NCBI GenBank assembly: GCA_965112635.1
Contig: OZ218778.1
Location: 2,496,001 to 2,560,000 of the forward strand
DNA from: an uncultured bacterium
Lineage (GTDB): Bacteria; Oederibacteriota; Oederibacteriia; Oederibacteriales; Oederibacteriaceae
DNA length: 64,000 nt
Direction: 5' to 3'
Shown here: positions 17,298 through 27,366 of the stretch, piece after piece
Layout of the letters: the number at the start of each line of letters is the position of its first letter
Position numbering within the stretch: position 1 is the first letter of the stretch
Translations under genes and position numbers: made by a program
Notes under the pieces: model-generated
What the model saw: only the letters and a program-made list of their open reading frames with translations
Database searches by the model: none
What the model was told of the DNA's origin: nothing

Positions 17298-19559
17298 CTA
17301 ATCATGTAACACTAAAAACGCCGCCTTGGGGTCCCCGCAGTTGTCCACGACCTCCTGGAAGGGCATCCGCTTGAACGGTTTCCCCGTGTTGCGGTCCACC
17401 ACCAGCTTGACGATGGCGCAGTTCTTATACCCTTTGAGGGGCACCATGATGATGCTTCCGTTGAACTGGAACTTTACCGGCCTGAGCGTATTGTCCCCCG
17501 GATACTGCACCAACACCTGTCCGATGTCGTGGCCCCTCTTGACCTGGAAGAAAGCGTATTTGTCCTTGGCAAAAGAGATATGGTCATAAGCGCTCAGCTC
17601 CTCGGTGATAATGCCGGCCACATAGCCGTCCGGCACCGTAAAAAGCTTGCCCTGCAGGTCGTTGGACAACCTCATGGGGTCCTGCTCAAAGCAAAACACT
17701 CTCCTTTTGAAATGGCCGAATAAAGGCACATATTTCTTATAAAGCTTTAAATTCGCGTTTTTGGCTTTGGACGGCACTCCGTACATCTGCGGGGCGACCG
17801 GGAAAGAGCCGTGCAGGACGGACCGTTTCAGGTTCTCTTCGGTTGTCCTGGCGTCGCTTCCCCACAAAAAGAAAAGGGGCATGGCCAGGGCCGCGTAAAA
17901 GAACTTTTCCTCCATATTATCCCCGTCCCCTTCCAGCATCACGCCGTCCACGTATTTCATACAGCGGATGGTCTGGGTCTTGTTGGCAAAGCAGCAGCGG
18001 TCCTGCCCTTCCAAAAGCTCCTTGTGCATCCGTTCCGTGATAGCGTCAAAACCGAAGTTGATACTGTAGGCCGGTTTGTTATGGGCCACGGTGATGCCGT
18101 CATCATGGGCAAAATCAAGGCCCACGTGCCTGAAGCAATCTAAAAAGAACCCCTCCAGCTTGGGATAGGCCTGCATCATTTCACTGGCCGTTTTCAGCAT
18201 ATACTTGCCGAATGGCCCATTGAGGTCAGGGTTCATCAACCGGCACATCATCCAGCCGGTATTTTGCAATTTCCCGTTTTCCAGCGTGCAAATGGAGCTT
18301 TTGAAATACTTTTCCACCCAGGGTTCAAAACCGTCGGAAAAATTGATGTAAAACATGGGATGGAAACCCGCGGCCTGGAACCGTCCGATGGCCTTCTTGA
18401 TGTTTTCCTGGTCCATCCTATAAATACGGGGATCGATGAACCCTTTGGGAAGAAGGCCTTTTTTAACCAGCTCCTTCTGGGAATAGCGCTCAAAAAGCCT
18501 CCAAACCTCTTTATAGGACAGCTTCTTCCCGGACCTTAGCCAGATCTGTTCCAAAGCTAAAATGCCGGGCCAGGATTTTTCCTTGGGCATGTAGTAGCCG
18601 TACCAGGGGAAATGGCAATGGAACTCGAAAAATTTGTCTCCTAGTATTTTATAAGCCTCGGCGTGCAGGGAAGTCTCTATCCAGCCTCCCACGAACACTC
18701 CGGCCTTGTCATGGATGCAGTCATTGGCCGGGTAAAAATACTCCCGGTATTTTTCCACAGTTTGGCCCAAGCCCGGACGCCAATCTCCCTCATGAAAGAA
18801 CACCTTGACCTCAGTCTCTAGTTTACGGTCTTTAACCAGCCCAACGTAATAGTTCACTACCTCCAGAACCGGATAGTCTCTTGGGTCGCTCTCATGCCCG
18901 CCCCAGTTGAAATCCTTGTCCCCGTTCTGGAACTGGAATTTGGCCGCCGGCACTTTCTGGTCATATGGCACGATAACCGAATACCCCACATCTTTGGTCC
19001 GGTCATAATGCGAAACAATGGGAACCACTATCTCGTGAGAAGTCCCTGAGAAAGGGATTTGGCCGTAGCTGTAATCAAAGGTCGTCATCCCGTCAAAAAG
19101 CAGGTCTGATTTGTTCGCCGGCGCCCACACCATCCACCCCGCTATCATCGGAAGCATGAAATACACTCGAATGGAACGGTCTGCGACCTTTTTGCCTTTC
19201 TTTTCCATATCCACATGCCAGGTAAAACAATCCTGCTCCATGCTCAGGGTCACTTTGACCGTAAACTTCGCGCCAGCAAACTGCTTGAGGTAGGTGATGG
19301 TATTGCCATTGGCTTGGAAATCCTTAACTGTGAATTTCTGGTCAAAGTCAGAGAACCATTTCCTTTCCAGCTCGTCGAATATCCGCAAGCCCCCGATATA
19401 TCCCCGGATTTCCTGCTGTAACTGTTTGAACAGGTCGATTTGCTTGTCTTTCCAGACCATCGACCGAATCCATCCGGTCTTTTTCTCCACGCCAATGGAT
19501 GACCTGGAATTCTCTATCCGGACTAATGACACTGAATAAAATAATTTCTGCTTCTTCAT
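17298..19559 (-). CDS. Large cytoplasmic protein, putative glycoside hydrolase (paralogue 1 of 3)
   Basis: Beta-rich N-terminal domain; central TIM-barrel-like segment with FYINF, GFFLDCF and MLEG motifs; no signal peptide. Confidence 0.6.
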   Translation of the reverse strand: MKKQKLFYSVSLVRIENSRSSIGVEKKTGWIRSMVWKDKQIDLFKQLQQEIRGYIGGLRIFDELERKWFSDFDQKFTVKDFQANGNTITYLKQFAGAKFTVKVTLSMEQDCFTWHVDMEKKGKKVADRSIRVYFMLPMIAGWMVWAPANKSDLLFDGMTTFDYSYGQIPFSGTSHEIVVPIVSHYDRTKDVGYSVIVPYDQKVPAAKFQFQNGDKDFNWGGHESDPRDYPVLEVVNYYVGLVKDRKLETEVKVFFHEGDWRPGLGQTVEKYREYFYPANDCIHDKAGVFVGGWIETSLHAEAYKILGDKFFEFHCHFPWYGYYMPKEKSWPGILALEQIWLRSGKKLSYKEVWRLFERYSQKELVKKGLLPKGFIDPRIYRMDQENIKKAIGRFQAAGFHPMFYINFSDGFEPWVEKYFKSSICTLENGKLQNTGWMMCRLMNPDLNGPFGKYMLKTASEMMQAYPKLEGFFLDCFRHVGLDFAHDDGITVAHNKPAYSINFGFDAITERMHKELLEGQDRCCFANKTQTIRCMKYVDGVMLEGDGDNMEEKFFYAALAMPLFFLWGSDARTTEENLKRSVLHGSFPVAPQMYGVPSKAKNANLKLYKKYVPLFGHFKRRVFCFEQDPMRLSNDLQGKLFTVPDGYVAGIITEELSAYDHISFAKDKYAFFQVKRGHDIGQVLVQYPGDNTLRPVKFQFNGSIIMVPLKGYKNCAIVKLVVDRNTGKPFKRMPFQEVVDNCGDPKAAFLVLHD

Positions 19560-19605
19560 ATCAGAATCTCCTTCCTAATAAATTGTAATATTGACTTAAT
19601 TGGTC

Positions 19606-21909
19606 CTAGTCATGTTTCACTAAAAACGCGGCTTTGGGGTCGCCGCAGTTGTCCACGACCTCCTGGAACGGCATCCTCTTGAACGGTTTTCCCGTGTTGC
19701 GGTCGACCACCAGCTTGACCACCGCGCAGTTCTGATAGCCCTGGAGAGGCACCATGATGATGCTTCCGTTGAACTGGAACTTGACCGGCCTTGGTTTTTT
19801 ATCCCCCGGGTACTGCACCAGAACCTGTCCGATGTCGTGGCCTTGCTTGACCTGGACAAACACATGCTTGGTCTTGGCATAGGAGACCCTGTCTCCCACC
19901 CCGACTTCCCTGCTCATAATGCCGGCCACATAGCCGTCAGGGATGGTATAGAGCTTGCCTTCCATTCCACTGGACATCCTCATGGGGTCAGGCTCAAAGC
20001 AGAACACCCTGCGCCGGAAATGCTCATAGAGAGGCAGGAATTTTTGGTATAGCTTCAAATACCTTTTATACTGCTTGCCCCCGGTCTTATTTACCCTGCC
20101 TTCGTTCAGGGAAGGCGTGGTCGGGAAACAGCCGTGATAAACAGACCGCTTTAAACCTTCCTCGGCCGTGCTTTCCACACTGCCCCATGCCTCGCTGCCC
20201 CACAAAAAGAACAAAGGCATGGCCACGGACGGGTAAAAGAATTTTTCCTCCATCACCTCGCCGTTGCCTTCCAGGATGACCGCGTCCAAATGCTTCATGG
20301 CCCGGATGGTATGGGGCACATTGGCGAAATTGCACAGGTTCCGGCCTTCCAGAAGTTCCTTTTGGATGCGCTCCGTGATGCTGTCAAACCCGAAATTGAC
20401 GCTGTAAGCGGGCTGGTTATGGGCCACGGTCACCCCGTCATCGTGAGCAAAATCAATTTCCACATGGTGGAAACAATCGTAAAAAAACCCGCCCAGCTCA
20501 GGATAGGCTCGGAGCATTTCCCTGAGGGTCTCCAGCAGCATGGCGCCAAAGGGGAACCGCACATCCGGGTTCATCAAACGGCACATATACCAGCCGCTGT
20601 TAATGGGCTTGCCGTTCTCCAGCCGGCAGATGGAACTCCGGAAGTTCTTTTCGGCCCAGGGTTCCAAGCCGTCCGAGTAATTGGTATAGAACAAGGAATG
20701 GATGCCAGCCTTGGACAGTTTCTGGATGGACTTCCTGATGTTGTTACGGCTAAGCTCAAAAAATATTTTGTAATCCTCGGTTATCTTCGCAGGCATATCC
20801 ATCAGCTTTTTCCTGCGGATATCCTGAAAAGACTCTTTCACGGACAGTTTCCAAACCTGTTCCATGGTCAGCTTGTCTTTGTTTTTATGGTAGATGCCCT
20901 CCAATACCCTGATCCCCCGCCAGGTCTTTTCACTGGGCATGTAATGTCCGTACCAGGGAAAATGGCCGTGATATTCAAAAAATTTCAGGCCCAAAGCCCG
21001 GTATTTGGGGATATGAAAGGAGGTGTAGATGCCTCCGCAAGAATAGACCCCGGCCATGTCATGGACGCAGTCATTGGCCGGGTAAAAATACTCCCGGTAT
21101 TTTTCCACAGTTTGGCCCAAGCCCGGACGCCAATCTCCCTCATGAAAGAACACCTTGACCTCTGTCTTCAGCTTCCGGTCCTTCACCAGGCCGATGTAAT
21201 AGTTCACGACCTCCAGCACAGGATAGTCCGCCGGGTCGCTTTCGTGCCCGCCCCAGTTGAAATCCTTGCCCCCGTTCTGGAACTGGAATTTTGCCGCCGG
21301 CACTTTCTGGTCATACGGCACGATGACCGAATACCCCACATCTTTGGTCCGGTCATAATGCGAAACAATGGGAACCACTATCTCATGCGATGTCCCGGAA
21401 AACGGGATTTGCCCGTAGCTGTAATCAAAGGTCGTCATCCCGTCAAAAAGCAGGTCTGACTTGTTCGCCGGAGCCCATACCATCCACCCCGCGATCAAAG
21501 GCAGCATGAAATACACCCGGATGGACCGGTCTGCCACGTTTTTCCCTTTTTTCTCCATGTCTACGTGCCAGGTAAAACAATCCTGTTCCATGCTCAGGGT
21601 TACTTTGACCGTAAACTTCGCGCCAGCAAACTGTTTGAGGTAGGTGATGGTATTGCCATTGGCTTGGAAATCTTTGACTGTGAATTTCTGGTCAAAATCA
21701 GAGAACCATATCCTATCCAGCTCATCAAATATCCTGAGTCCACCGATATATCCCCGAATCTCCTGCTGTAACTGTTTAAACAGGTCGATTTGCTTGTCTT
21801 TCCAGACCATCGACCGAATCCATCCGGTCTTTTTCTCCACGCCAATGGATGACCTGGAATTCTCTATCCGGACTAATGAGGTGGGATAAAATATCGAGCG
21901 CTTGGACAT
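19606..21909 (-). CDS. Large cytoplasmic protein, putative glycoside hydrolase (paralogue 2 of 3)
   Basis: Near-identical N-terminal ~285 aa and C-terminal ~70 aa to paralogues 1 and 3; GFFYDCF and ILEG motifs. Confidence 0.6.
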   Translation of the reverse strand: MSKRSIFYPTSLVRIENSRSSIGVEKKTGWIRSMVWKDKQIDLFKQLQQEIRGYIGGLRIFDELDRIWFSDFDQKFTVKDFQANGNTITYLKQFAGAKFTVKVTLSMEQDCFTWHVDMEKKGKNVADRSIRVYFMLPLIAGWMVWAPANKSDLLFDGMTTFDYSYGQIPFSGTSHEIVVPIVSHYDRTKDVGYSVIVPYDQKVPAAKFQFQNGGKDFNWGGHESDPADYPVLEVVNYYIGLVKDRKLKTEVKVFFHEGDWRPGLGQTVEKYREYFYPANDCVHDMAGVYSCGGIYTSFHIPKYRALGLKFFEYHGHFPWYGHYMPSEKTWRGIRVLEGIYHKNKDKLTMEQVWKLSVKESFQDIRRKKLMDMPAKITEDYKIFFELSRNNIRKSIQKLSKAGIHSLFYTNYSDGLEPWAEKNFRSSICRLENGKPINSGWYMCRLMNPDVRFPFGAMLLETLREMLRAYPELGGFFYDCFHHVEIDFAHDDGVTVAHNQPAYSVNFGFDSITERIQKELLEGRNLCNFANVPHTIRAMKHLDAVILEGNGEVMEEKFFYPSVAMPLFFLWGSEAWGSVESTAEEGLKRSVYHGCFPTTPSLNEGRVNKTGGKQYKRYLKLYQKFLPLYEHFRRRVFCFEPDPMRMSSGMEGKLYTIPDGYVAGIMSREVGVGDRVSYAKTKHVFVQVKQGHDIGQVLVQYPGDKKPRPVKFQFNGSIIMVPLQGYQNCAVVKLVVDRNTGKPFKRMPFQEVVDNCGDPKAAFLVKHD

Positions 21910-21931
21910 ACTGTTCTCCTTCCTAGAATCT

Positions 21932-22198
21932 TTACTCGTAATGGGTCCACATGCGGATGACTTTGATGGTACGGGTGTCTTGTAAAACCTGATAAACCAA
22001 ACGATGCTGGATATTGATGCGCCGTGAATACGCGCCTGCCAGGTCGCCTACAAGTTTTTCAAAAGGAGGATTAGCTTGATAAGGGTCATGGGATAGGATG
22101 TCTAGTAGTGCTTCAACTTTTTCATGAAGGCCTTCCGAGGATATCTTCTTGGCATCCTTGAGTGCCTGCCTGGAATAAACAACTTTCCAGGCTACCAC
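21932..22198 (-). CDS. yoeB: Txe/YoeB family toxin
   Basis: PPFEKLVGDLAGAYSRRINIQHRLVY...WTHYE. Confidence 0.95.
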   Translation of the reverse strand: MVAWKVVYSRQALKDAKKISSEGLHEKVEALLDILSHDPYQANPPFEKLVGDLAGAYSRRINIQHRLVYQVLQDTRTIKVIRMWTHYE

Positions 22199-22434
22199 TT
22201 GATTTCCTTGCTGTACTTTGAGACAGGAGTTTTCAGCCCCTTGCGAATGGACTCCCTCATCCCCGGTATAGAAAGGAGGTAAAGGGTCTCCTGGATGGAC
22301 CTCCAGTCCTCGTCGGAAATAAGGACTGCATTGCCTTTTTTACCCGTGATCTGGATGGGGTCGTGTTCCCTGCCGGTCCTTTCCATTAGTTTGAAGAAAT
22401 TGGCTCTTGCCTTGCTCGCCGTTAAAGTTGTCAT
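22192..22434 (-). CDS. yefM: Phd/YefM family antitoxin
   Basis: ASKARANFFKL...ITGKKGNAVLISDEDWRSIQETLYLLSIPGMRESI. Confidence 0.95.
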   Translation of the reverse strand: MTTLTASKARANFFKLMERTGREHDPIQITGKKGNAVLISDEDWRSIQETLYLLSIPGMRESIRKGLKTPVSKYSKEIKW

Positions 22435-22452
22435 TTTTTACCTCCTGAGGTA

Positions 22453-22481
22453 AGCGTACCATATAGTGTACCACTCGTCAA
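22453..22481 (-). promoter_or_regulatory. yefM-yoeB promoter with autoregulatory operator
   Basis: TTGACG (22476-22481)-17 bp-TACGCT (22453-22458). Two GTAC palindrome cores at 22456 and 22468, 12 bp apart, as in the known YefM operator arrangement. Confidence 0.7.
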
Positions 22482-22493
22482 ATAGGCAGGAGC

Positions 22494-23402
22494 TTAATAC
22501 ATCCCCTTCAGATTTTTCCATCTGCGATGGAGCCAGAGCCATTGGCAGGGGTCTGTGCGGATCTTTTGCTCCAAGTTTTTGGTTAAATCAAGTAGTGCGG
22601 TATGGACCTTTTCTTTCAGGTCCACCCCTTCCTTGAATACATATTCCGGCTCAATGGATACCGTGTGGATGTTATCAGGCCCGCGGGTGATAAAGGAGGG
22701 CAAAAGCGGGGCGCGGCTCCGTAAAGCCAGGATGATGGGCCCGTCCGTGAACAAGGTGGGCTGTCCCAAAAACTGTATCTCGATGCCGGTAGCGTAATAC
22801 TGGTCGCCGGCCAGGACCACCACCTTTTTATCTTTTAAAAGCTTGATGGTATCTTTGATAATGGTTTCCCGGTTATCCCACAAATATTTACTGCCCCCGT
22901 GCATCATGACCTTGACATAGAACTGCTTGAACTGCTCATCATGGGGCGCCCGCAAAAGATACCAGACATCATAACCCTGCTCATCGATGCGGTGCGGGAG
23001 CATGCTGAAACCGCCCCAGTGCGCCGTAAACAGGACCGCTCCCCTGCCCTTGGCCAGGGCCTGTTTAAGATTCTCTTCGCCAGTCACCAGAAAATGGCTT
23101 TCCAATTCCTTGCGGGTCAAATACGGCGTCCGCAGGGTATCGAACACGGAGCGCATCATATAGGAATAGTTCTGGAGCGCGATAGCCTTGATCTCCTGCT
23201 GGCTTTTTTCCTTGCCGAAAACAAGGTTGAGGTTCTTGAGGGTGATGTTGCGGTGTTTGGGCCAGACAGCATAAAAGGTCCGGGCCAGCATATCGGACAG
23301 GCGGTACATAGCGTTCCAGGATAAACGCGGGGTGACAAAATAAAGGCATTCCAAAAATATCCTGAGGAACAGCCCGACCAGGGATTTAAACAAGTTTTTC
23401 AT
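22494..23402 (-). CDS. Lysophospholipid / lipid A acyltransferase, LpxL-HtrB family
   Basis: NLNLVF, FTAHWGGF, LAGDQ, FLGQ, PCQWLWLHRRWK. Confidence 0.88.
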   Translation of the reverse strand: MKNLFKSLVGLFLRIFLECLYFVTPRLSWNAMYRLSDMLARTFYAVWPKHRNITLKNLNLVFGKEKSQQEIKAIALQNYSYMMRSVFDTLRTPYLTRKELESHFLVTGEENLKQALAKGRGAVLFTAHWGGFSMLPHRIDEQGYDVWYLLRAPHDEQFKQFYVKVMMHGGSKYLWDNRETIIKDTIKLLKDKKVVVLAGDQYYATGIEIQFLGQPTLFTDGPIILALRSRAPLLPSFITRGPDNIHTVSIEPEYVFKEGVDLKEKVHTALLDLTKNLEQKIRTDPCQWLWLHRRWKNLKGMY

Positions 23403-23462
23403 ATCCAGATTTTAGCACAACCCTGCCCGTAATATTTCAAGTCGCGCGGGGAACGGACTTGA

Positions 23463-25736
23463 TCAGTCGTGAATGACCAAAAAGGCCGCCTTGGGGTCTC
23501 CGCAATTGTCCACGACCTCCTGGAAAGGCATCCTCTTGAACGGTTTCCCCGTGTTACGCGTCACCACCAGCTTGACCACGCAGCAGTTCTTATACCCTTT
23601 CAATGGCACCATGATGATGCTGCCGTTGAACTGGAACTTCACCGGCCTGGGCTTCTTGTCCCCCGGATACTGCACCAGCACCTGGCCGATGTCATGGCCC
23701 CGCTTGACCTGGAAGTAAACGTATTTGTCCTTGGCGAACGATATCTTGTCGTTCACGCTCAACTCATCGGTCATGATGCCGGCTACGTACCCGTCCGGCA
23801 CCGTGAAAAGCTTGCCAATGAGGCCGTTGGACATCCGGATGGGGTCCTGTTCGAAACAGAAAACCCGGCGCTTGAAATGCTCATAAAGGGGGATGTACTT
23901 CCCGTAGGTCTTCATCGCTTCCTTGAACTGCTTGTCCCTTAATTTCGGCGACATATCGCTCAGGGCGGGAGTGGTCGGGAAAGAACCGTACATGAGGCAC
24001 CGCTTCAGGTTTTCCTCGACGGTCCTGGCGTCGCTTCCCCAGAGGGTGAACAAAGGCATGGCCAAGGCTGAATAAAAGAACTTTTCTTCGATGACATCGC
24101 CATCCCCTTCCAAAAGGATGCCGTCCACATATTTCTGGCAGCGGATGTTCTGGGACTTGTTGGCAAAGCAGCAGCGGTTCCGGCCTTCCAGAAGTTCCTT
24201 GTGGATGCGCTCCGTGATGCCGTCAAAACCGAAATTGACGCTGTAAACCGGCTTGTTATTGGCCACGGTCACGCCGTCGTCATGGGCGAAATCAATGCCC
24301 ACGTGCCGGAAGCAGTCGTAAAAAAATCCGCCCAGCCGCGGATATACTCCCATCATCTCCCTGGCGGTTTCCAGGATATGCTTCCCAAAAGGCACGCTCA
24401 GGTCCGGGTTCATCAGCCGCTGCAAAGGCCATCCGGTATTTTGTTTTTTGCCGTTCTCCAAAGTGCAGATGGAACTGCTGAAATGCTCCTCGACCCACGG
24501 CTCGAACCCGTCCGAAAAATTGATATAGAACATGGGGTTTATCCCGTATTCCAGGAATCTATCGATGGATTTGCGGATGCTTTCCCTGCTGAGGTCGTAT
24601 AGTTCCGGGATGACATAATTTTTTGGCAGCAAACCTCTTTTGGCCAGTTCTTTCTGGGAACATTTTACGGAAAGCTGCATGGCTTGCTTGTAAGTGATCT
24701 TGCCCCTGCCTCTCCGGGCCACCTCTTCCACGATAGCGCACATACGCCATGTTTTTTCCTTGGGCATGTAGTAGCCGTACCAGGGGAAATGACCGTGGTA
24801 TTCAAAAAAGGTCATTCCCAGCGCCCGTTGCTGTTTCGCGTTAAAAGAAGTGGAAAGGGTCCCGCAATGGTACAGGCCGGCCTTGTCATGGATGCAGTCA
24901 TTGGCCGGATAAAAGTATTCTCTGTATTTCTCCACGGTCTGCCCCAATCCCGGCCGCCAATCGCCCTCGTGGAAGAACACCTTGACCTCGGTCTGCAACT
25001 GGCGGTCCTTGATAAGGCCGATGTAATAGTTCACCACTTCCAGGACCGGATAATTGGCCGGGTCGACCTCATGGCCGCCCCAGTTGAAATCCCTGTCCCC
25101 GTTCTGGAACTCGAACTTGGCCGCGGGAACCTTTTTGTCGTACGGCACGATGACCGAATATCCGACATCCTTGGTCCGTTCATAATGGGAAATGATGGGC
25201 ACTACAACCTCATGGGATGTACCCGAGAACGGGATCTGGCTGTAGCTGTAATCAAAGGTCGTCATGCCGTCGAACAAAAGGTCGGATTTATAAGCCGGCG
25301 CCCACACCATCCATCCCGCGATCATGGGGATCATAAAATGGACCCGGATGGAACGGTCCGCGACCTTTTTACCCCTTTTTTCCATATCCACATGCCAGGT
25401 AAAACAGTCCTCGTCCATGCTCAGGGTCACTTTGACCGAGAACTTCGCCCCTGCAAACTGCTTGAGATAGGTGATGGTATTGCCTTCGCACTGGAAATCC
25501 TTGACTGTGAATTTCTGGTCAAAATCAGAGAACCACTTCTTATCGACCTCGTCATAGATGCGCAAGCCCCCGATATATCCCCGGATCTCCTGCTGTAATT
25601 GTTTGAACAGGTCGATTTGCTTGTCCTTCCAGACCATGGAACGTATCCATCCGGTCTTTTTTTCCACACCGACGGACGACCTGGAATTCTCTATCCGGAC
25701 TAAGGGAGTAGGATAAAATATAGAACGCTTGGACAT
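23463..25736 (-). CDS. Large cytoplasmic protein, putative glycoside hydrolase (paralogue 3 of 3)
   Basis: Same family as 17298 and 19606; directly downstream of the macro-domain gene. Confidence 0.6.
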   Translation of the reverse strand: MSKRSIFYPTPLVRIENSRSSVGVEKKTGWIRSMVWKDKQIDLFKQLQQEIRGYIGGLRIYDEVDKKWFSDFDQKFTVKDFQCEGNTITYLKQFAGAKFSVKVTLSMDEDCFTWHVDMEKRGKKVADRSIRVHFMIPMIAGWMVWAPAYKSDLLFDGMTTFDYSYSQIPFSGTSHEVVVPIISHYERTKDVGYSVIVPYDKKVPAAKFEFQNGDRDFNWGGHEVDPANYPVLEVVNYYIGLIKDRQLQTEVKVFFHEGDWRPGLGQTVEKYREYFYPANDCIHDKAGLYHCGTLSTSFNAKQQRALGMTFFEYHGHFPWYGYYMPKEKTWRMCAIVEEVARRGRGKITYKQAMQLSVKCSQKELAKRGLLPKNYVIPELYDLSRESIRKSIDRFLEYGINPMFYINFSDGFEPWVEEHFSSSICTLENGKKQNTGWPLQRLMNPDLSVPFGKHILETAREMMGVYPRLGGFFYDCFRHVGIDFAHDDGVTVANNKPVYSVNFGFDGITERIHKELLEGRNRCCFANKSQNIRCQKYVDGILLEGDGDVIEEKFFYSALAMPLFTLWGSDARTVEENLKRCLMYGSFPTTPALSDMSPKLRDKQFKEAMKTYGKYIPLYEHFKRRVFCFEQDPIRMSNGLIGKLFTVPDGYVAGIMTDELSVNDKISFAKDKYVYFQVKRGHDIGQVLVQYPGDKKPRPVKFQFNGSIIMVPLKGYKNCCVVKLVVTRNTGKPFKRMPFQEVVDNCGDPKAAFLVIHD

Positions 25737-25749
25737 ACTGTTCTCCTTC

Positions 25750-26262
25750 CTAGGATTTTTTGGACAATGCTTCGTATTCCCTTAAAACGCCCTGGTCATA
25801 GCAGGCCAAAACCACCTTTTTAAAACCGGGATGGTTCCGGACAAAATTATTGATCTCTTTCCAGGCTATCTTGCACGCCAGGTCAATGGGATAGCCGTAG
25901 ACCCCGCAGCTTATAGCCGGGAACGCGATGGTTTTGGCCCCGTTCTTGAGCGCCAGTTTCATGCTCTCATGGTAGCAGGAAGCCAGCAAGGCGGGCTCTC
26001 CCTGTCTGCCGTCCTGGTAGATAGGGCCCACGGTGTGCACGACCCATTTGGCTTTGAGGCGGTATCCTTTGGTGAGCTTGGCATGGCCGGGCTCGCATCC
26101 GCCCAGGTTGGAGCATTCCGCCGCCAGTTCCGGACCGGCAGCCCGGTGGATGGCGCCGTCCACGCCTCCCCCTCCCATCAGGGAAGGATTGGCCGCGTTG
26201 ACGATGGCGTCAACCTCCAGTTGGGTGATATCTCCCTGTACAACCTCTATCTTGGCGGGCAT
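25750..26262 (-). CDS. ymdB: Macro-domain O-acetyl-ADP-ribose deacetylase
   Basis: GDIT, IVNAAN, GGGGVDGAIHRAAG, HTVGP, PAISCGVYGYP. Confidence 0.93.
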   Translation of the reverse strand: MPAKIEVVQGDITQLEVDAIVNAANPSLMGGGGVDGAIHRAAGPELAAECSNLGGCEPGHAKLTKGYRLKAKWVVHTVGPIYQDGRQGEPALLASCYHESMKLALKNGAKTIAFPAISCGVYGYPIDLACKIAWKEINNFVRNHPGFKKVVLACYDQGVLREYEALSKKS

Positions 26263-26305
26263 TTCCGATTGTCTCCAGCAACTTTCTTTTGGCCCCTAGG
26301 AACGG

Positions 26306-27262
26306 TCAATCTTCCAGCATCTCTTCGTAAAACTCCCTGAACTTGTAGCGGGCCGGGTCATTTTTTTTCAGCGACATGATCTTCATGGCCTCTTCGGGAT
26401 GCATGTTGGTAATGCCGCTGATCATGTAGGGGATATGGTATCCCCAGTCGATCTCTTCCTGCAGCGGCAGGATCTGGCCGGCGATGACGTCCAGGATGGG
26501 CCTCAGGTCGAACTTGGGGTTCTTGAGGAACCCGACCAAAAGTTCCAGGCAGCAGTTGCCCGCCCCCCGGCCCAGCCCGTAAAGTGTGCCGTCCAGGAAA
26601 TTGGCCCCCCGGATGATCCCCTCGATGGTATTGGCGAAAGCCAGCTGCTGGTTGTTATGGGCATGCATGCCGATCTCGATGCCCGGCAGCAGTTTCTGGA
26701 ATTTGGAGACGAAATAGTCGATATCCTCCGAATACATGGCCCCGAAGCTGTCCACGATATAGCAGGCGAGGATCTTGGTCTCGGCCTTGATCTGCTGGAG
26801 GGCCTCGTTGAGCTCCCTTTCAGGGGCCGTGGAAATGGACATGATATTGATGGTGGTCTCGTAGCCTTTGGCGTTCGCGTCATTGGAGATCTTGATGGCC
26901 TTGTCCACGTCCTTGACGTAGGTCGCTACCCGGACGACATCCACCAGGCTTTTTTGGCGGGGCAAAAGGTCCTCGCTGCTGCTTTTATGCGCGTCCATCA
27001 TCACCGCGATCTTGGTCCCGGGATATTTCTTGTCACCCACGACCTGTTTGATCATCTCTTCGTCGCAGAAGCGCCAGGCCCCGTATTTCGCCGGGTCGAA
27101 CATCTTTTTGCTGTTCCGGTAACCCAGCTCCACGATCTGGATGCCTGCCTCGCAAACGGCCTTGTAAACCGCCTTGACGCAATCCATGGAAAAATGGGAG
27201 TTGTTCATCAATCCCCCGTCCCTGATGGTGCAATCCACGACGGTGATCTGCGGCCTGTACAT
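26306..27262 (-). CDS. DRE-TIM / HMGL-like aldolase catalytic-domain protein
   Basis: DCTIRDGG, VDSFG, HAHNNQQLAFAN, GRGAGNC; start MYRPQ after GAGGAG. Confidence 0.85.
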   Translation of the reverse strand: MYRPQITVVDCTIRDGGLMNNSHFSMDCVKAVYKAVCEAGIQIVELGYRNSKKMFDPAKYGAWRFCDEEMIKQVVGDKKYPGTKIAVMMDAHKSSSEDLLPRQKSLVDVVRVATYVKDVDKAIKISNDANAKGYETTINIMSISTAPERELNEALQQIKAETKILACYIVDSFGAMYSEDIDYFVSKFQKLLPGIEIGMHAHNNQQLAFANTIEGIIRGANFLDGTLYGLGRGAGNCCLELLVGFLKNPKFDLRPILDVIAGQILPLQEEIDWGYHIPYMISGITNMHPEEAMKIMSLKKNDPARYKFREFYEEMLED

Positions 27263-27366
27263 AAATGGCTCCTCTCCTGAATGAGTCCAAACATTATAGT
27301 AATACTCTGTCGTTTTCACAATCCCCCACCTGGCCTGTGTTAAACTGTCTAGCGGAGGTTTTCCCC

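Noticed and set aside
17298-25736. Diversity-generating retroelement explanation for the paralogue triplet
   Set aside because: No reverse transcriptase, no non-coding template repeat, and the differences are not adenine-specific.
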